Source: a virus
DNA length: 64,000 bases
IMG/VR virus record: IMGVR_UViG_3300032931_000905
Location: 1 to 64,000 of that record
Reading direction: 5' to 3' (one strand)
The notes under the pieces are model-generated. The model worked only from the letters and a program-made list of their open reading frames with translations. It did no database searches and was not told where the DNA came from. Shown here piece by piece: positions 18,862 to 29,386 of this stretch; within the stretch, counting starts at the first letter, position 1, and each line of letters begins with the position of its first letter. The translations under genes and the position numbers were made by a program.

Positions 18862-20224
18862 CAAGATTCAATAAGATAGAACACAAAGCAAAGGCGAACT
18901 TTACGACCAGCTTGACATTTTCGGCATGGGCGGCACTTCGGGTCACAGGGAGCCGATTTTCAAGATAGACCATTGATCCGCTGTCTTGGTCGAGATCGGG
19001 TGGCGTCGAACTGACCAGAATACGACTGGTGCCTGAGGTCACTCCGATGATCGCTGATCCGACCTTGGCAGCGCCACGAATGGCCGTGACATTGAAGGCA
19101 TTCGAAAACAAATCAGTGATATACCCGGTAAAGGTCGCATTGGCGCCAGCATCCGTTCCTTGATAGACGAGTTCATCGGCCAGGTAACCTGCACCGGAGG
19201 TCACGACGATCTGTGTCAAAAAGGAGAACGCCACGTTTGCATTGGCCGAGACCACCGCGACATTGGTGGCATATTTATGGGGTCTCAGGACCAAGCCGAT
19301 CTGACGAAATTCGTTATTTGAGGTAATCTTTCCTCCCTCGGTCGCATCCCCTGTGGCGCCGATTTGGACGGAGATCATACACGCATTGGCCCCCAGTTCA
19401 CGGGCAGGATTGAACGCATGACCCCGATAGGGCGAACCAATGACGCGCACGTTGGCCCCTGTGCCTGCACCAAAGATGGAGACATTCAGACCTGCATGAT
19501 AGCCAGAACCTCGATTGACCAAGTTCAGGGCCGTGATCACCCCGTTGGCCACGGTGGCCGTGACATTTGCGCTGGTCCCTTCTCCAGACACGACGACCCT
19601 GGTGGTATTCGCCACATAGCCCGTGCCTCCAGAGGTCAGGATCACTTGAGAGATGGCGCCAGAGACGGCATTATTTGCGGTTCCGGTATAGGTCGCATTT
19701 TGATCTGAGGGAATAGGCATCCAGGAGGTGGTCGAAAACTTTGAACTGACAGGCACCTTATAGAGATACTTCCAGACATAGCCATCACCCAAGGGAGAAC
19801 TGAATCCATTATTGACCACATAGGCCGTGCTGGGTTGTACGGTCGAAGGGGCATTGTTGGCATTATCAATACATTTATAGACTTCATTGGTCGCCGTGAT
19901 GACATACATGGAATTGGTCGAATTGAACAGTGTAGTCGATTGATCATCATATTCGGTATAGACCACAGCCGAGGTCCATGTGATGCGTGGTATGACCAGA
20001 AACAGATCGGCCCCTGTGATGATTTTGCCTCCGAGCAGATAGGAATACGCATCGGCCACGGTCGCATCATTATCCACGACTTGTGGAGGGGCGGCATCAT
20101 TGGCCCAGGGGGTATGTCGACCAATCGTGACATAACCTACGACAGAGGCGTTGGCCCCTAGTGCGGTGGCGAGATTGAAGGCTTGTTCATACCCCAAGGT
20201 ACGAGGAGTCAGCGTGGTGGCCAT
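18857..20224 (-). CDS. gp8: Baseplate wedge subunit gp8
   Basis: IPRITW..YDD, VYKCIDN, DGYVWKYLY, NEFRQIGL, YLENR..R..ENVKLVVKF. Confidence 0.85.
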   Translation of the reverse strand: MATTLTPRTLGYEQAFNLATALGANASVVGYVTIGRHTPWANDAAPPQVVDNDATVADAYSYLLGGKIITGADLFLVIPRITWTSAVVYTEYDDQSTTLFNSTNSMYVITATNEVYKCIDNANNAPSTVQPSTAYVVNNGFSSPLGDGYVWKYLYKVPVSSKFSTTSWMPIPSDQNATYTGTANNAVSGAISQVILTSGGTGYVANTTRVVVSGEGTSANVTATVANGVITALNLVNRGSGYHAGLNVSIFGAGTGANVRVIGSPYRGHAFNPARELGANACMISVQIGATGDATEGGKITSNNEFRQIGLVLRPHKYATNVAVVSANANVAFSFLTQIVVTSGAGYLADELVYQGTDAGANATFTGYITDLFSNAFNVTAIRGAAKVGSAIIGVTSGTSRILVSSTPPDLDQDSGSMVYLENRLPVTRSAAHAENVKLVVKFAFALCSILLNLV

Positions 20225-20248
20225 AAAAGTTCCTTTATTGTCCTGCTC

Positions 20249-20256
20249 TATTTATA
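20249..20256 (-). promoter_or_regulatory. T4-type late promoter TATAAATA
   Basis: Exact motif upstream of gp8. Confidence 0.6.
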
Positions 20257-22606
20257 ACAGAAATTGCTCAACATTGGCGGTCAGGACCGTCATGAATGTG
20301 GACTTTGAGACCTCTTCGTCGATCATGAGTTCTCCCCAGACGGTACAACCAGCCGGATGGGTCAAGGCCTTGACCACTTCCTTGTAACGGTTCAATTCCA
20401 CACGGGTCCGCACCACATAGGCATAATTTTCATAGTAGTATTCTTGCCCTTGCAGCTTACGATCTGAACTGAGCAATCCCGCAGAATCTTTGAAGAATCC
20501 CTCGGAGACCAGCAAGCTTTCGATGATCGCCGCGATGGCCGTGGCCCTTCCATTACCGAGATTGGTCAGATCGACAATGGGGGTCGAGGCATAGCCCAAA
20601 CCAGGAGAGGTCAGCTTAATGCTTTTGATCTGCCCTGGAGAAAATTGTGCCGAAGGGATCAGACCTGCGCCGGCTGTGGTAATCACCGCTTCGGCGAGAA
20701 TATTCGCGCCTGTTCCCGCGGCTGAGGTAATTGTAATCGTGGGGAGGGCCGCCGAGCGATAATTGATGCCACCGATAGGATAGCGACCAAAGACGCCCAC
20801 GCGACGAGCAGTGGTGACTCGCGTAAACGCGACATTGGCAGTGAATTGGGTATTACTTTGTAGGGAGGCCACATAGCTGGTTTCATTGTTGAGTTCGACC
20901 TGATCACCGACCGACAAGGCCACATTGAAGGTGGTCCCTGTGCCTGTGACAATCGTGTTGGCATTACAGTTCGCGGTGCCTTCAAGGCGCGAGGGCATGA
21001 ATCGGATGGATCGAACGCCGTTGTTCGCCGAATGGACTTCGGTGACTTCCCCGGCACACCCGATACCAATACCGATGCCTGCCTGGTTTATGAAATTGAG
21101 TTCGTCTCCGACGGTATAGTTACTGCCTCCGGTAATGAGATTCATGCGACCCATTATACCAAAATATCCCAGACTGACATTCGCCGTGGCCACCGCCGCG
21201 TTAGCGGTATTGCCTGTGACCATGATGATCGGTGCATCCACCCGAAAGGTGGGCAAGCTGATAAAGGACTGGGTCGAGGACACAATCGTAATTCCGGTGA
21301 TGGGACCCAGACGTTCTGGACCTGCGGCACCAAAGACCAGCGTACTAAACGCATTGGCAAAGGTCGTATTCTGATTGGCTCCCGGGTTACTTTGAAAATA
21401 GTAATTGACATTGGACATGATGACATTCTGATAGAGGGAGATCACATCCTTGACAATCACATAGGAATTGGGATGGACATTGCCTGAGGTATCCACACTA
21501 GAGACCACAAGGTTCAGACCTGTATTCGGAGAGGAGGTAATGACGACCCCTTGGCCAGACTGGACCCCACAGCCTCCGTTGATGATCGTAATATTCGTGA
21601 TCACGGCTTGATAGACTTCCTCGATGATCGCCGTCGCCGCGACAACGGGATCGCCACCGGTAATCGGGATGACATCCGCGACATTATAGCTGGCGCCTCC
21701 GTCGATCAAGGTAATGGAGGCAATAAACGACTCAAAGCCAGTATGGAATTCCAGGAAGAGATGGGCATCAATATTATAGGTCCAACGAAGCACGACCGAT
21801 TCTTGTTGGGCAAACGGAATCAATGAGAGATTGGACACTTCGAGACCCATCATGATGGCGCCACCAGTCGAGATCAGTGAGGCCTTTTCGGTCACCGCGG
21901 TGGCCCCTGAGGTGGCACCGGTCACCACACCAATGATCGTGCCATCATTGATCGCGGAGATCACCGAGGTCGCATCATAGACCATGCGAATATTGGCATT
22001 GGCCGTTGGAGGTGCCGTAAAGATCAGTGAGGGGGTATTGTTGGAGATAAAATACCCTGAGGTCTGGAGGGTCTCATCCACATAGATCGGAATATTTCCG
22101 ATGACCAACTGCGTATCCAGCACACGAAAGTTGGTGGTCACACCATCCCCTGTGGCATAGACATTCAACGAGGTACCGAGGAACATGGTTTTGGTGGTGA
22201 TCCAGTTCCCGCCCGAGGCTTTCAGAATGTATTGCTTGGGATAGAAGATTTCAATTTCTTCGTTATAGAGGAGACGAAACAGGAATCGCAGCGCCTTTTC
22301 GGTACCGCGGGCCCGATAGAATTCCTTGATATGCTGGATGAGCCATGCCTTATCGGGAATCGCGTCCGTGGGGATCAGGGTGAGATACTGCTTCCGAAAA
22401 TGTTCAATAAAGGCATCCAGCGTGGTTTCAACATTGAGATACTCCAACAGATTCTTGGAGGTGTTCATGGCGCCGCCTTGCAGTTCCAGAAATTCATAAT
22501 AGGCCTCGATGAACGCCACAAAAGTGTCGTAATCGTTTCGTATGAATTCTGGTAACTGATTGCGGACCAGAGTGGAAATCAATGTTTTGGTGTTCGCAAT
22601 AGCCAT
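20252..22606 (-). CDS. gp7: Baseplate wedge initiator, gp7-like
   Basis: QLPEFIR..FIEAYYEFLE; IKEFYRARGTEKA..FLFRLLY; C-terminal KLQ..YY..YVV..HPAG; position between gp6 and gp8. Confidence 0.75.
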   Translation of the reverse strand: MAIANTKTLISTLVRNQLPEFIRNDYDTFVAFIEAYYEFLELQGGAMNTSKNLLEYLNVETTLDAFIEHFRKQYLTLIPTDAIPDKAWLIQHIKEFYRARGTEKALRFLFRLLYNEEIEIFYPKQYILKASGGNWITTKTMFLGTSLNVYATGDGVTTNFRVLDTQLVIGNIPIYVDETLQTSGYFISNNTPSLIFTAPPTANANIRMVYDATSVISAINDGTIIGVVTGATSGATAVTEKASLISTGGAIMMGLEVSNLSLIPFAQQESVVLRWTYNIDAHLFLEFHTGFESFIASITLIDGGASYNVADVIPITGGDPVVAATAIIEEVYQAVITNITIINGGCGVQSGQGVVITSSPNTGLNLVVSSVDTSGNVHPNSYVIVKDVISLYQNVIMSNVNYYFQSNPGANQNTTFANAFSTLVFGAAGPERLGPITGITIVSSTQSFISLPTFRVDAPIIMVTGNTANAAVATANVSLGYFGIMGRMNLITGGSNYTVGDELNFINQAGIGIGIGCAGEVTEVHSANNGVRSIRFMPSRLEGTANCNANTIVTGTGTTFNVALSVGDQVELNNETSYVASLQSNTQFTANVAFTRVTTARRVGVFGRYPIGGINYRSAALPTITITSAAGTGANILAEAVITTAGAGLIPSAQFSPGQIKSIKLTSPGLGYASTPIVDLTNLGNGRATAIAAIIESLLVSEGFFKDSAGLLSSDRKLQGQEYYYENYAYVVRTRVELNRYKEVVKALTHPAGCTVWGELMIDEEVSKSTFMTVLTANVEQFLL

Positions 22607-22609
22607 GGC

Positions 22610-24649
22610 TTAACGGAACCGTATGGTCGTTTGAATGGAAGTGGCATCATCGGTATCCAGGAACAGGAGTTGATTGCGAATGGTCGAAATGATACCGGTA
22701 TCAGGCTGCACAGAGACGCGGATCATATTATCGGTCGCCTCCACAGTCAGAGGCCAGATATCCGTAATGTTGACCTCTCCGGTCTCATAGTCAATCGTCC
22801 CGGCATTCGAACGAAGGACGACCTTCTGGGCAGAGGATTGATAATAGATAATCTGCAAGGTCCCGAATTTGGCACCGATCACGGCCAATGCGCCTGCCTG
22901 TTGTCCTGAGTCGCTCGAAAAGAGGACCTGGGCACTGGTGTAATTGATACCACGATTGGTCAGGGTCACCGTGGTCACTTTTCCATTCACAATCGTCGCC
23001 ACCGCGGTGGCGCCTTGTCCATCGCCGTCAATCGTGACCGTCGGTGGGATCAGATAGCCATAGCCCCCGTTGGTCACTTGGATTTCATCCAGTCCGGTGA
23101 ACGAATTGGGAAGTTCTTCGACATAACACAATCGCGGCACGGCCGCATCATCATTCATGGTAAATCCGGTCGTGGTCAGGGCGGTCGAGGTGCCGCCGCG
23201 ATGAATCGGCGTCAAGAATGCGATGGTATAGGAATCCAGCACACCCAGGACTGGGAGGAATCGCTTTTCAATACGGAAACTCGTATCTGATCCAATGATG
23301 GCCGGCGAGGACGCATCGACTGCGGCTTCAAGACGCGAGGACACAAAGACCGAACCAAAACGATTCAAGGTGGCCGTACAATAATCCACAATCGAGGCCC
23401 GTACCATCGCCGTCAAATCGGCCGCCGAGAGATTCGTCAATTTCTTGTCGATATCCACGGCACTGATAAATTTGAGATAGACATAATTTGGATCAACGAT
23501 CACAGGTTCCACCGTGACCATCGACAGGGGACGAATGATTTCATCGATGATGCGCTGTTTTTCGGTATCATTGATCGGGGCATCGGTCTTGAGTTGATAG
23601 GCAATAAACACCTTACCAAACACCGGTGGCACATTTTCTTCACCACCCCAGGCGGAAATGGATTGAATGTTGGGATACGCTTGTTTAATGAGGAATTCAT
23701 AGTCCTTCGCGGTCACCGCCCGATCCTGTGAGGTATAGGCCAGTGGGGCATGAAATCGGATATCATCAGCAGTTTCCGCTTCGGCACCAGCAGAGGCCGA
23801 TGACACAGGCACCACGACCACATTCGAGAACCCTCCGATGGAACGGGAGGCAAAGTTGTTGGCTTTATTCGCAGGGGCCCCGTCGGTCGAGAGATAGCCG
23901 GCCAGGACAATGTTGCCGTTGGAGATGGCACGACCAATGACCCCATCCCCAAAGGACACTTTATAGAGGGAGTTGGGTGCCGTCGAGAGAAAATAGATTG
24001 CACTGTTCCCATCCAGCAACGTGGCATCCAATGATCGAGTATAGACACTCACCTGAGTATTCGACACCGATTCCTGGACAAGGACCGCCAGGGTGGAGGT
24101 ATCAATATCATCATTCGGCAAGATAAATTCTCTCTTGACATTGGTCCCACTATCATAGAGAAAGGTCGCCAATTGGGGAATGCCCTGCTTGAGTTCCACC
24201 CCTGTGAAGGTGAATTGGCTGTTTTCTTTATAGGCGGTGATGGCCTCAGAGTTCACAAAGGTATAGTTAATGCCATCGATGGCTTCTGATTGGAATTGGG
24301 TGAAACTATCCAACGTCAAGGTCCCTTGCGTATTGCCTCCTGGAGGTGTCACGACCACATTCACAATGGCCACAGGACTTCTCCGAGACAACGGGACATA
24401 GTTGAGGGATTTGGCATGAGAACGAATCGCATCAGGGACCAGGGAGGTATCCAAGAACATTTCATTGGCGACCATGTTGGTATAGTACGCATTATAAAAG
24501 GTATTATAGGCCAGAATGTCCAGCAGCACCGACATGCCAGATCCTTCAAAGTTATAATCCGTAAAGGTCGATTGACCTTTCAGAAATTCTCTGAAATTTC
24601 GCTTGATGGCATCAAAATCTAATTCGGTAATATTCAGACGTTCGGCCAT
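22610..24649 (-). CDS. gp6: Baseplate wedge subunit gp6
   Basis: ELDFDAIK..FTDYNFEGSGMSVLLDILAYNT; FGDGVIG; QDRAVTAKDYE; WGGEEN. Confidence 0.93.
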   Translation of the reverse strand: MAERLNITELDFDAIKRNFREFLKGQSTFTDYNFEGSGMSVLLDILAYNTFYNAYYTNMVANEMFLDTSLVPDAIRSHAKSLNYVPLSRRSPVAIVNVVVTPPGGNTQGTLTLDSFTQFQSEAIDGINYTFVNSEAITAYKENSQFTFTGVELKQGIPQLATFLYDSGTNVKREFILPNDDIDTSTLAVLVQESVSNTQVSVYTRSLDATLLDGNSAIYFLSTAPNSLYKVSFGDGVIGRAISNGNIVLAGYLSTDGAPANKANNFASRSIGGFSNVVVVPVSSASAGAEAETADDIRFHAPLAYTSQDRAVTAKDYEFLIKQAYPNIQSISAWGGEENVPPVFGKVFIAYQLKTDAPINDTEKQRIIDEIIRPLSMVTVEPVIVDPNYVYLKFISAVDIDKKLTNLSAADLTAMVRASIVDYCTATLNRFGSVFVSSRLEAAVDASSPAIIGSDTSFRIEKRFLPVLGVLDSYTIAFLTPIHRGGTSTALTTTGFTMNDDAAVPRLCYVEELPNSFTGLDEIQVTNGGYGYLIPPTVTIDGDGQGATAVATIVNGKVTTVTLTNRGINYTSAQVLFSSDSGQQAGALAVIGAKFGTLQIIYYQSSAQKVVLRSNAGTIDYETGEVNITDIWPLTVEATDNMIRVSVQPDTGIISTIRNQLLFLDTDDATSIQTTIRFR

Positions 24650-24664
24650 GAGATGCTCCTGTTT

Positions 24665-25060
24665 TTAACGAATACGCTCTAACAAAAATTGAATGGAGAC
24701 GAGTTGTGCCGAGACATTCACATAGAATTCCAGGGTGACCATATAGCCATTTCTGTCGGCATTAGCTTCGGAGAGGATGCGCTTGATGAGCACCCGGGGT
24801 TCAAAGTTCGTCAGGGTCTCTCTGATAAACCGTGCGATATCGGCTGCCGTAAATGGCGACAGAGGTTCAAAGAGTAACTTCCTGATATTGCAACCAATTT
24901 CAGGATGGAACGGTCGTTCATAATGATTGGTACTGGTCAAATTCCGTACAGAGGCCACAATGGCATCCATATCCGTCAAGGGAATCAAATCATGCCTGAC
25001 AGGATGTTGCGTAAAATTGAGATCAATGTCCTGGAAAATTGGTGCCGTCTTAGTAGCCAT
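24665..25060 (-). CDS. gp25: Baseplate wedge subunit gp25
   Basis: DIDLNF..HP, ERPFHPEIGCNI..LLFEP, NFEPRV, LERIR. Confidence 0.93.
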   Translation of the reverse strand: MATKTAPIFQDIDLNFTQHPVRHDLIPLTDMDAIVASVRNLTSTNHYERPFHPEIGCNIRKLLFEPLSPFTAADIARFIRETLTNFEPRVLIKRILSEANADRNGYMVTLEFYVNVSAQLVSIQFLLERIR

Positions 25061-25077
25061 AATACCTTGTATTTATG

Positions 25078-25905
25078 TTAGAAGCCCAGAGTCTTACCGA
25101 CACCGGCACCAAATTCTTGGATCTTAGGAAAGCCTGGTTTATTCAAGATATCCAGGATGCCTTTCCCCTGGGAGGTACGGTTTGACACGGTTTCGAACAC
25201 AAATTTGGCACAAGGATCTTGGCTCAAGGCATCGATCATCAGCGCCAGGGCAGCCTGCTTGATCTGGGCCACACATTGCTGCATAAAGGTGGAATCGGCC
25301 GAGAAGATTCCTTTGGCAATATTGGTCATGTTGGAGAGGGATTGGGCCACTTCGGTGATCGACGCCACCCCATTGATAATCCGATTGCTCACATCCCCTA
25401 TCGCATTCGTTTTGGAGCCGATGGCATCCTGACTGAAGATACCCGTCATGCCCCCAATGACTGACAAGCAACCTGAGGCGCCATCCAGTAAGGTCGTATA
25501 ATCATTCATCTTTTTTCCAATAGACAAGACCGTTTCGATTCCAGGGAGATGAATGCCCTGACCCTCAGCAATACCAGAGAGTCGATTGGTGTGACTCAGT
25601 AAGGTACTCAAGGAGGCGCGAACGTCCGAGAAGGTGCCACTGTTCAACAATTGGGTCGCATCGGTCGTGGTAATCAGCGGATTGGTGACCCCGGCTTGAA
25701 TGGCTTGTAACTGGGCCTGAATGTTATTGACCGCTTGATTGGCCCCACCAATGGACGCGGTCATGGGGTTCTGGAACATGGTCGAACGATCTGCGATACC
25801 AGAGATCATGGCTTGGGCGCGTTCTCCCATTGGAGGAAGTGTGGCCGCTTTGATTTCAGCCAAACCAGGAATTGAGGGAATGCTAACGGGTATACCAAAC
25901 GACAT
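25078..25905 (-). CDS. Hypothetical baseplate-cluster protein
   Basis: 275-aa ORF between PAAR and gp25; FQNP and HTNRLSG motifs; function not recognised. Confidence 0.6.
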   Translation of the reverse strand: MSFGIPVSIPSIPGLAEIKAATLPPMGERAQAMISGIADRSTMFQNPMTASIGGANQAVNNIQAQLQAIQAGVTNPLITTTDATQLLNSGTFSDVRASLSTLLSHTNRLSGIAEGQGIHLPGIETVLSIGKKMNDYTTLLDGASGCLSVIGGMTGIFSQDAIGSKTNAIGDVSNRIINGVASITEVAQSLSNMTNIAKGIFSADSTFMQQCVAQIKQAALALMIDALSQDPCAKFVFETVSNRTSQGKGILDILNKPGFPKIQEFGAGVGKTLGF

Positions 25906-25907
25906 GA

Positions 25908-26204
25908 TTATCCTCCACAGATGACATCGGGACTACTGGTGAGTACGCGAGACTCACAATCAAGAAAATCGCCTTCACGCATCAGACCCAGGCCATTACA
26001 CAGCACGGTAGATGATCCGATCAGACCACTGGCCCCATGAAAGTCAAACGGCAGCACCGTGCGTACATGGATCTGCCAGGGATCGCCGACTCGGACGACC
26101 GAGACCCCGTTGCACAGCACATCAGGGCTCCCGACTACGGGCGAACGAGGTGCGAAGAAATCGTGTCCCGTACATAAATCAGTAATGCGACAGAGACCAG
26201 GCAT
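25908..26204 (-). CDS. PAAR spike-tip protein (gp5.4)
   Basis: R..D.CTGH..GSPDV..NG..RVGD..H..GS..V..NG..R.GD..C..S.DV..G; directly after gp5. Confidence 0.9.
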   Translation of the reverse strand: MPGLCRITDLCTGHDFFAPRSPVVGSPDVLCNGVSVVRVGDPWQIHVRTVLPFDFHGASGLIGSSTVLCNGLGLMREGDFLDCESRVLTSSPDVICGG

Positions 26205-26216
26205 ACCGTCCTCGCG

Positions 26217-28082
26217 TTAGACCAGGGTCGTGGAATAGATCGTGACCACTGGTTTCTCAAGTCCGATATGATAGCGTCGGTCTCGATCATCCAGTCCGTT
26301 TCGTTTACCATTCACATACTCGGTGACATTGATAATATTGCCATAGTCGCCTTTATAGCCTCCGTGATAGACACGGAAATACCAGATGACGAGTTTGGCC
26401 GCAATGGCCGCTTGTGACGCGGCATCAGGATTATTGACCAGATCCAGCCCCACGGCCTTCGAGGCCGCGACATAATTCGCCTTCCCGGTCAATTGGATGA
26501 ATCCTCTCCCTCGATATTTATACCCATCACCCACCGTTTCGTCTTTACTATTGCCCACTTTTCCGGCATAGACACGATTCAGAATGAGATCAGGTTGGCC
26601 AAGAAACTTACTGGTATCATAGGGAGAATTCGGATCGTCTTTAAAGTAACTCGGCCAAGCACGTAACAGCCCCGTTTTGGAATAGTTGTCATTTTCGACC
26701 AGCTTGGTAAAGTTCTGAGATTCATGGGCGCACTGTCCCCAAATCATCGCCCGTTGGGTGGCATCCTGGATGCCTGCGGCGTTCAAGGCCTTGACCATGA
26801 TATCCGCACCTTCCAGAGTGGTCAGCACCTTCTGAGGTGTGGTATCAGGTGGCGGAGGGAGATTGGTGGGGGCCACCGCTTCGGGGCCTATGGCGGTGGG
26901 ATCGGCATCGGTGAGCCGTGCCCCGACCCGTTCCTTGAGTGCCACATTGCCTGCTTCATTGGGGTCTGACGGAGGCGGTGTGGTCGTCTTGGCCGCCTCT
27001 TCAACCGCGGCCGCGCGTTCCCGTTCGCTCGGAGGTGTGAGTGTCGCGGCTGTGGACTTGATAATCGGCGCCTCAGGCGGCCCTAATGGAAACGGGATGC
27101 CAGGATTCAATGTCAACGGAGACCCCTGGATGGCCATGATTCCGGCTGACCACAGGGTCATTTCAGATCCACTCTGCATTCGGATTGGACCTGTGGATTT
27201 GAGGGAAGTCTGTCCGGCCACCTGAAGATTATAGTTGCCCAGGACATGCACATTCAAATCTTTTTTCACGGTCAGTTGATAGTCTCCAAACACACAGATA
27301 TTATGATTGACCAATGAAATTTCGATGCGAGGACCATGGACCCGTGACACTTTTGTCCCATCGGGATGAATTTCGTCAGAGGTGCCGGATCTGTGGTAAA
27401 TATGTACCCGTTCGGCCCCTGGGGTATCATCCAGTTCAATGACATGCCCCGACTCCGTTTCGGTCACATGATTATACGGATAGACCGCCGCATAGGGACT
27501 TGTGGGTTCCGAGAAGGTGCCACCTTTGACGGTGGGAATAGAGGCAATGGTGGTATCTTTCTTCTGTTGGATCAGGGTCTCGGTAATCTTGTCGTTCCGT
27601 CCCAGACGAGAGAGATTCGGTTCGCCTAGGGTCAAGGGATAGGGTGAGGCGGTATCGGCTTCGGTAATTGTGATCGGATCACCTGTGGTCTTTTGATCCA
27701 ACGACTTTGGGGGACGCGGCGCGGCTTGAAGCTGTGCGGTGGTGCGCGGATCAGAAAATCCTGTACCAGCGGGAATGCGTGAGCCAGGGACACCCGGTAT
27801 CAGACCCATGATGCACGGCTTCTGGCAATAGGGCCCATCCAGATAGAATCCGACCACAAAGTGACCTTCATGGACATTCAAGACATCAGGACCTGAGAGC
27901 GGCGACATGGTCAAGGCCCAGGGGAGTGCCTCTGTGGGAATCATGGTTTTATCGTCGGTATGATCGCCGATGACCCTGACCCGCACACGATTCCGTTTTT
28001 CTGGGTCCTGTCGATCTTCGACCACACCAATAAACCACTTGAATCCTGACAGACCGAGTTGTCCTGCCTCAATGTCACGCAT
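26217..28082 (-). CDS. gp5: Baseplate hub/needle gp5 with C-terminal GH19-type lysozyme
   Basis: WFIGVVEDRQDPE..RVRVR OB-fold; YPYNHVTETESGHVIELDDTPGAER; GQCAHES..L.EN..Y and GDGYKYRGRGFIQLTGKANY..VNG..GLDDR (GH19). Confidence 0.9.
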   Translation of the reverse strand: MRDIEAGQLGLSGFKWFIGVVEDRQDPEKRNRVRVRVIGDHTDDKTMIPTEALPWALTMSPLSGPDVLNVHEGHFVVGFYLDGPYCQKPCIMGLIPGVPGSRIPAGTGFSDPRTTAQLQAAPRPPKSLDQKTTGDPITITEADTASPYPLTLGEPNLSRLGRNDKITETLIQQKKDTTIASIPTVKGGTFSEPTSPYAAVYPYNHVTETESGHVIELDDTPGAERVHIYHRSGTSDEIHPDGTKVSRVHGPRIEISLVNHNICVFGDYQLTVKKDLNVHVLGNYNLQVAGQTSLKSTGPIRMQSGSEMTLWSAGIMAIQGSPLTLNPGIPFPLGPPEAPIIKSTAATLTPPSERERAAAVEEAAKTTTPPPSDPNEAGNVALKERVGARLTDADPTAIGPEAVAPTNLPPPPDTTPQKVLTTLEGADIMVKALNAAGIQDATQRAMIWGQCAHESQNFTKLVENDNYSKTGLLRAWPSYFKDDPNSPYDTSKFLGQPDLILNRVYAGKVGNSKDETVGDGYKYRGRGFIQLTGKANYVAASKAVGLDLVNNPDAASQAAIAAKLVIWYFRVYHGGYKGDYGNIINVTEYVNGKRNGLDDRDRRYHIGLEKPVVTIYSTTLV

Positions 28083-28084
28083 GA

Positions 28085-29380
28085 TTATTCTTTTCCTAAT
28101 TGTTGGACTTGTTGATCCGGTGCCGGGAGGACGGTCATCCGTGATTCCTTCATGAGTTCGCAGAGACAGACATATTTTTCACGATCTATCTTATGTTGAA
28201 TCGAGGTGAGCATATACTTACCGGAATAGGTCTCATCCAGGATTTTCTCGGCATCGGTATTCAGTATGGCGGCCGGATAATGGAGGGTCACCACGGCACC
28301 CACGGTCAGGGTCAGATTCCCAGGAAGGACCACACGGACTCTATGATTATGTAGCCCCGCCAAATACATCCGGCGTTGAAGGAGGTTCCGATGGATTTCT
28401 GTTCCGGCCGGCATGATCCGATAGAACGATCCCGGCATCTCTTGGGGCGCCAGATCAAAACGATTCTTGAGGCGTTGGAATGGGGTATAGGTGTTCCCTC
28501 TCCCGGTCGCAGGAAATTGTTGATCCACACTCAGACTCACATCCGATTGGGATTGGGTATCCAGGTCCACGACGGTCATGTGACTGGCATAGGCCCCCAG
28601 AGCAATGAGTTGGAATTCATCACACCCATGAGGCTGTTCGTATTGCATCACATTGTCGAGTTGTTTCTTGGGATCATTGGAGGTCGTCGGTGTGCGCTGT
28701 CGACCAAGATTCCGAGGTCCCATATTGATATCCAGGATCGACTCGGCCCGGAATAGCGTTTCCACGGCCTTGAAGTGATACCCCAATCGGTTTTCATAGA
28801 AGAGAAACGAGGCCGAGAGGACCGCGTTAGAAATGGCAATTTCAGCAAACCAATTCAAGGTTTGAAACGGTTTCCATGTGGCGACAATCAACGAGGTCGG
28901 AAAATCCGTCGGTTCCACAGAGAGACGCGCCTGAGGAATCAGGAGTTCCTTCAGACAGATATCCTCCACCATGCTCGATACCGGGCGAATGACATAGGCC
29001 TTGGACAGACGCAGTTGTTCATTGAGCAGAGCTTCCTCTGAGGTAAAATAGAGGATATAGCTTTCATTGGTGCCCGTTTCATAGATACGATCTCCGAGTT
29101 TATAGACTCGAAATGTTTTCTTGAAGACCACATCCTGGGTGGACTTCTCGAAGGAGATCATCAGATATTCCGATCCCAGGATGGGCACTTCGTTGATGAG
29201 ATTGTGGGAATCATTAATCAGAATCGAACCCGATAGGGTGTTGCCGAACAGGTCCTCATAGATGGAAATTTCTTTCCAGATACCTGTGATATCGACCACA
29301 CGACCTGAGGACGAGATCAGATAGAGTTGCGTGATTTGATAGGCCCCAGGGCGGCTGAGACCAATAGGATTGAGGGCCAT
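28085..29380 (-). CDS. Baseplate hub protein, gp27-like
   Basis: ISIYEDLF..LSGSILIND..PILGSE; FLFYENRLGYHFK; SGKYMLTSIQH; position between gp53 and gp5. Confidence 0.7.
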   Translation of the reverse strand: MALNPIGLSRPGAYQITQLYLISSSGRVVDITGIWKEISIYEDLFGNTLSGSILINDSHNLINEVPILGSEYLMISFEKSTQDVVFKKTFRVYKLGDRIYETGTNESYILYFTSEEALLNEQLRLSKAYVIRPVSSMVEDICLKELLIPQARLSVEPTDFPTSLIVATWKPFQTLNWFAEIAISNAVLSASFLFYENRLGYHFKAVETLFRAESILDINMGPRNLGRQRTPTTSNDPKKQLDNVMQYEQPHGCDEFQLIALGAYASHMTVVDLDTQSQSDVSLSVDQQFPATGRGNTYTPFQRLKNRFDLAPQEMPGSFYRIMPAGTEIHRNLLQRRMYLAGLHNHRVRVVLPGNLTLTVGAVVTLHYPAAILNTDAEKILDETYSGKYMLTSIQHKIDREKYVCLCELMKESRMTVLPAPDQQVQQLGKE

Positions 29381-29386
29381 ACTCGT

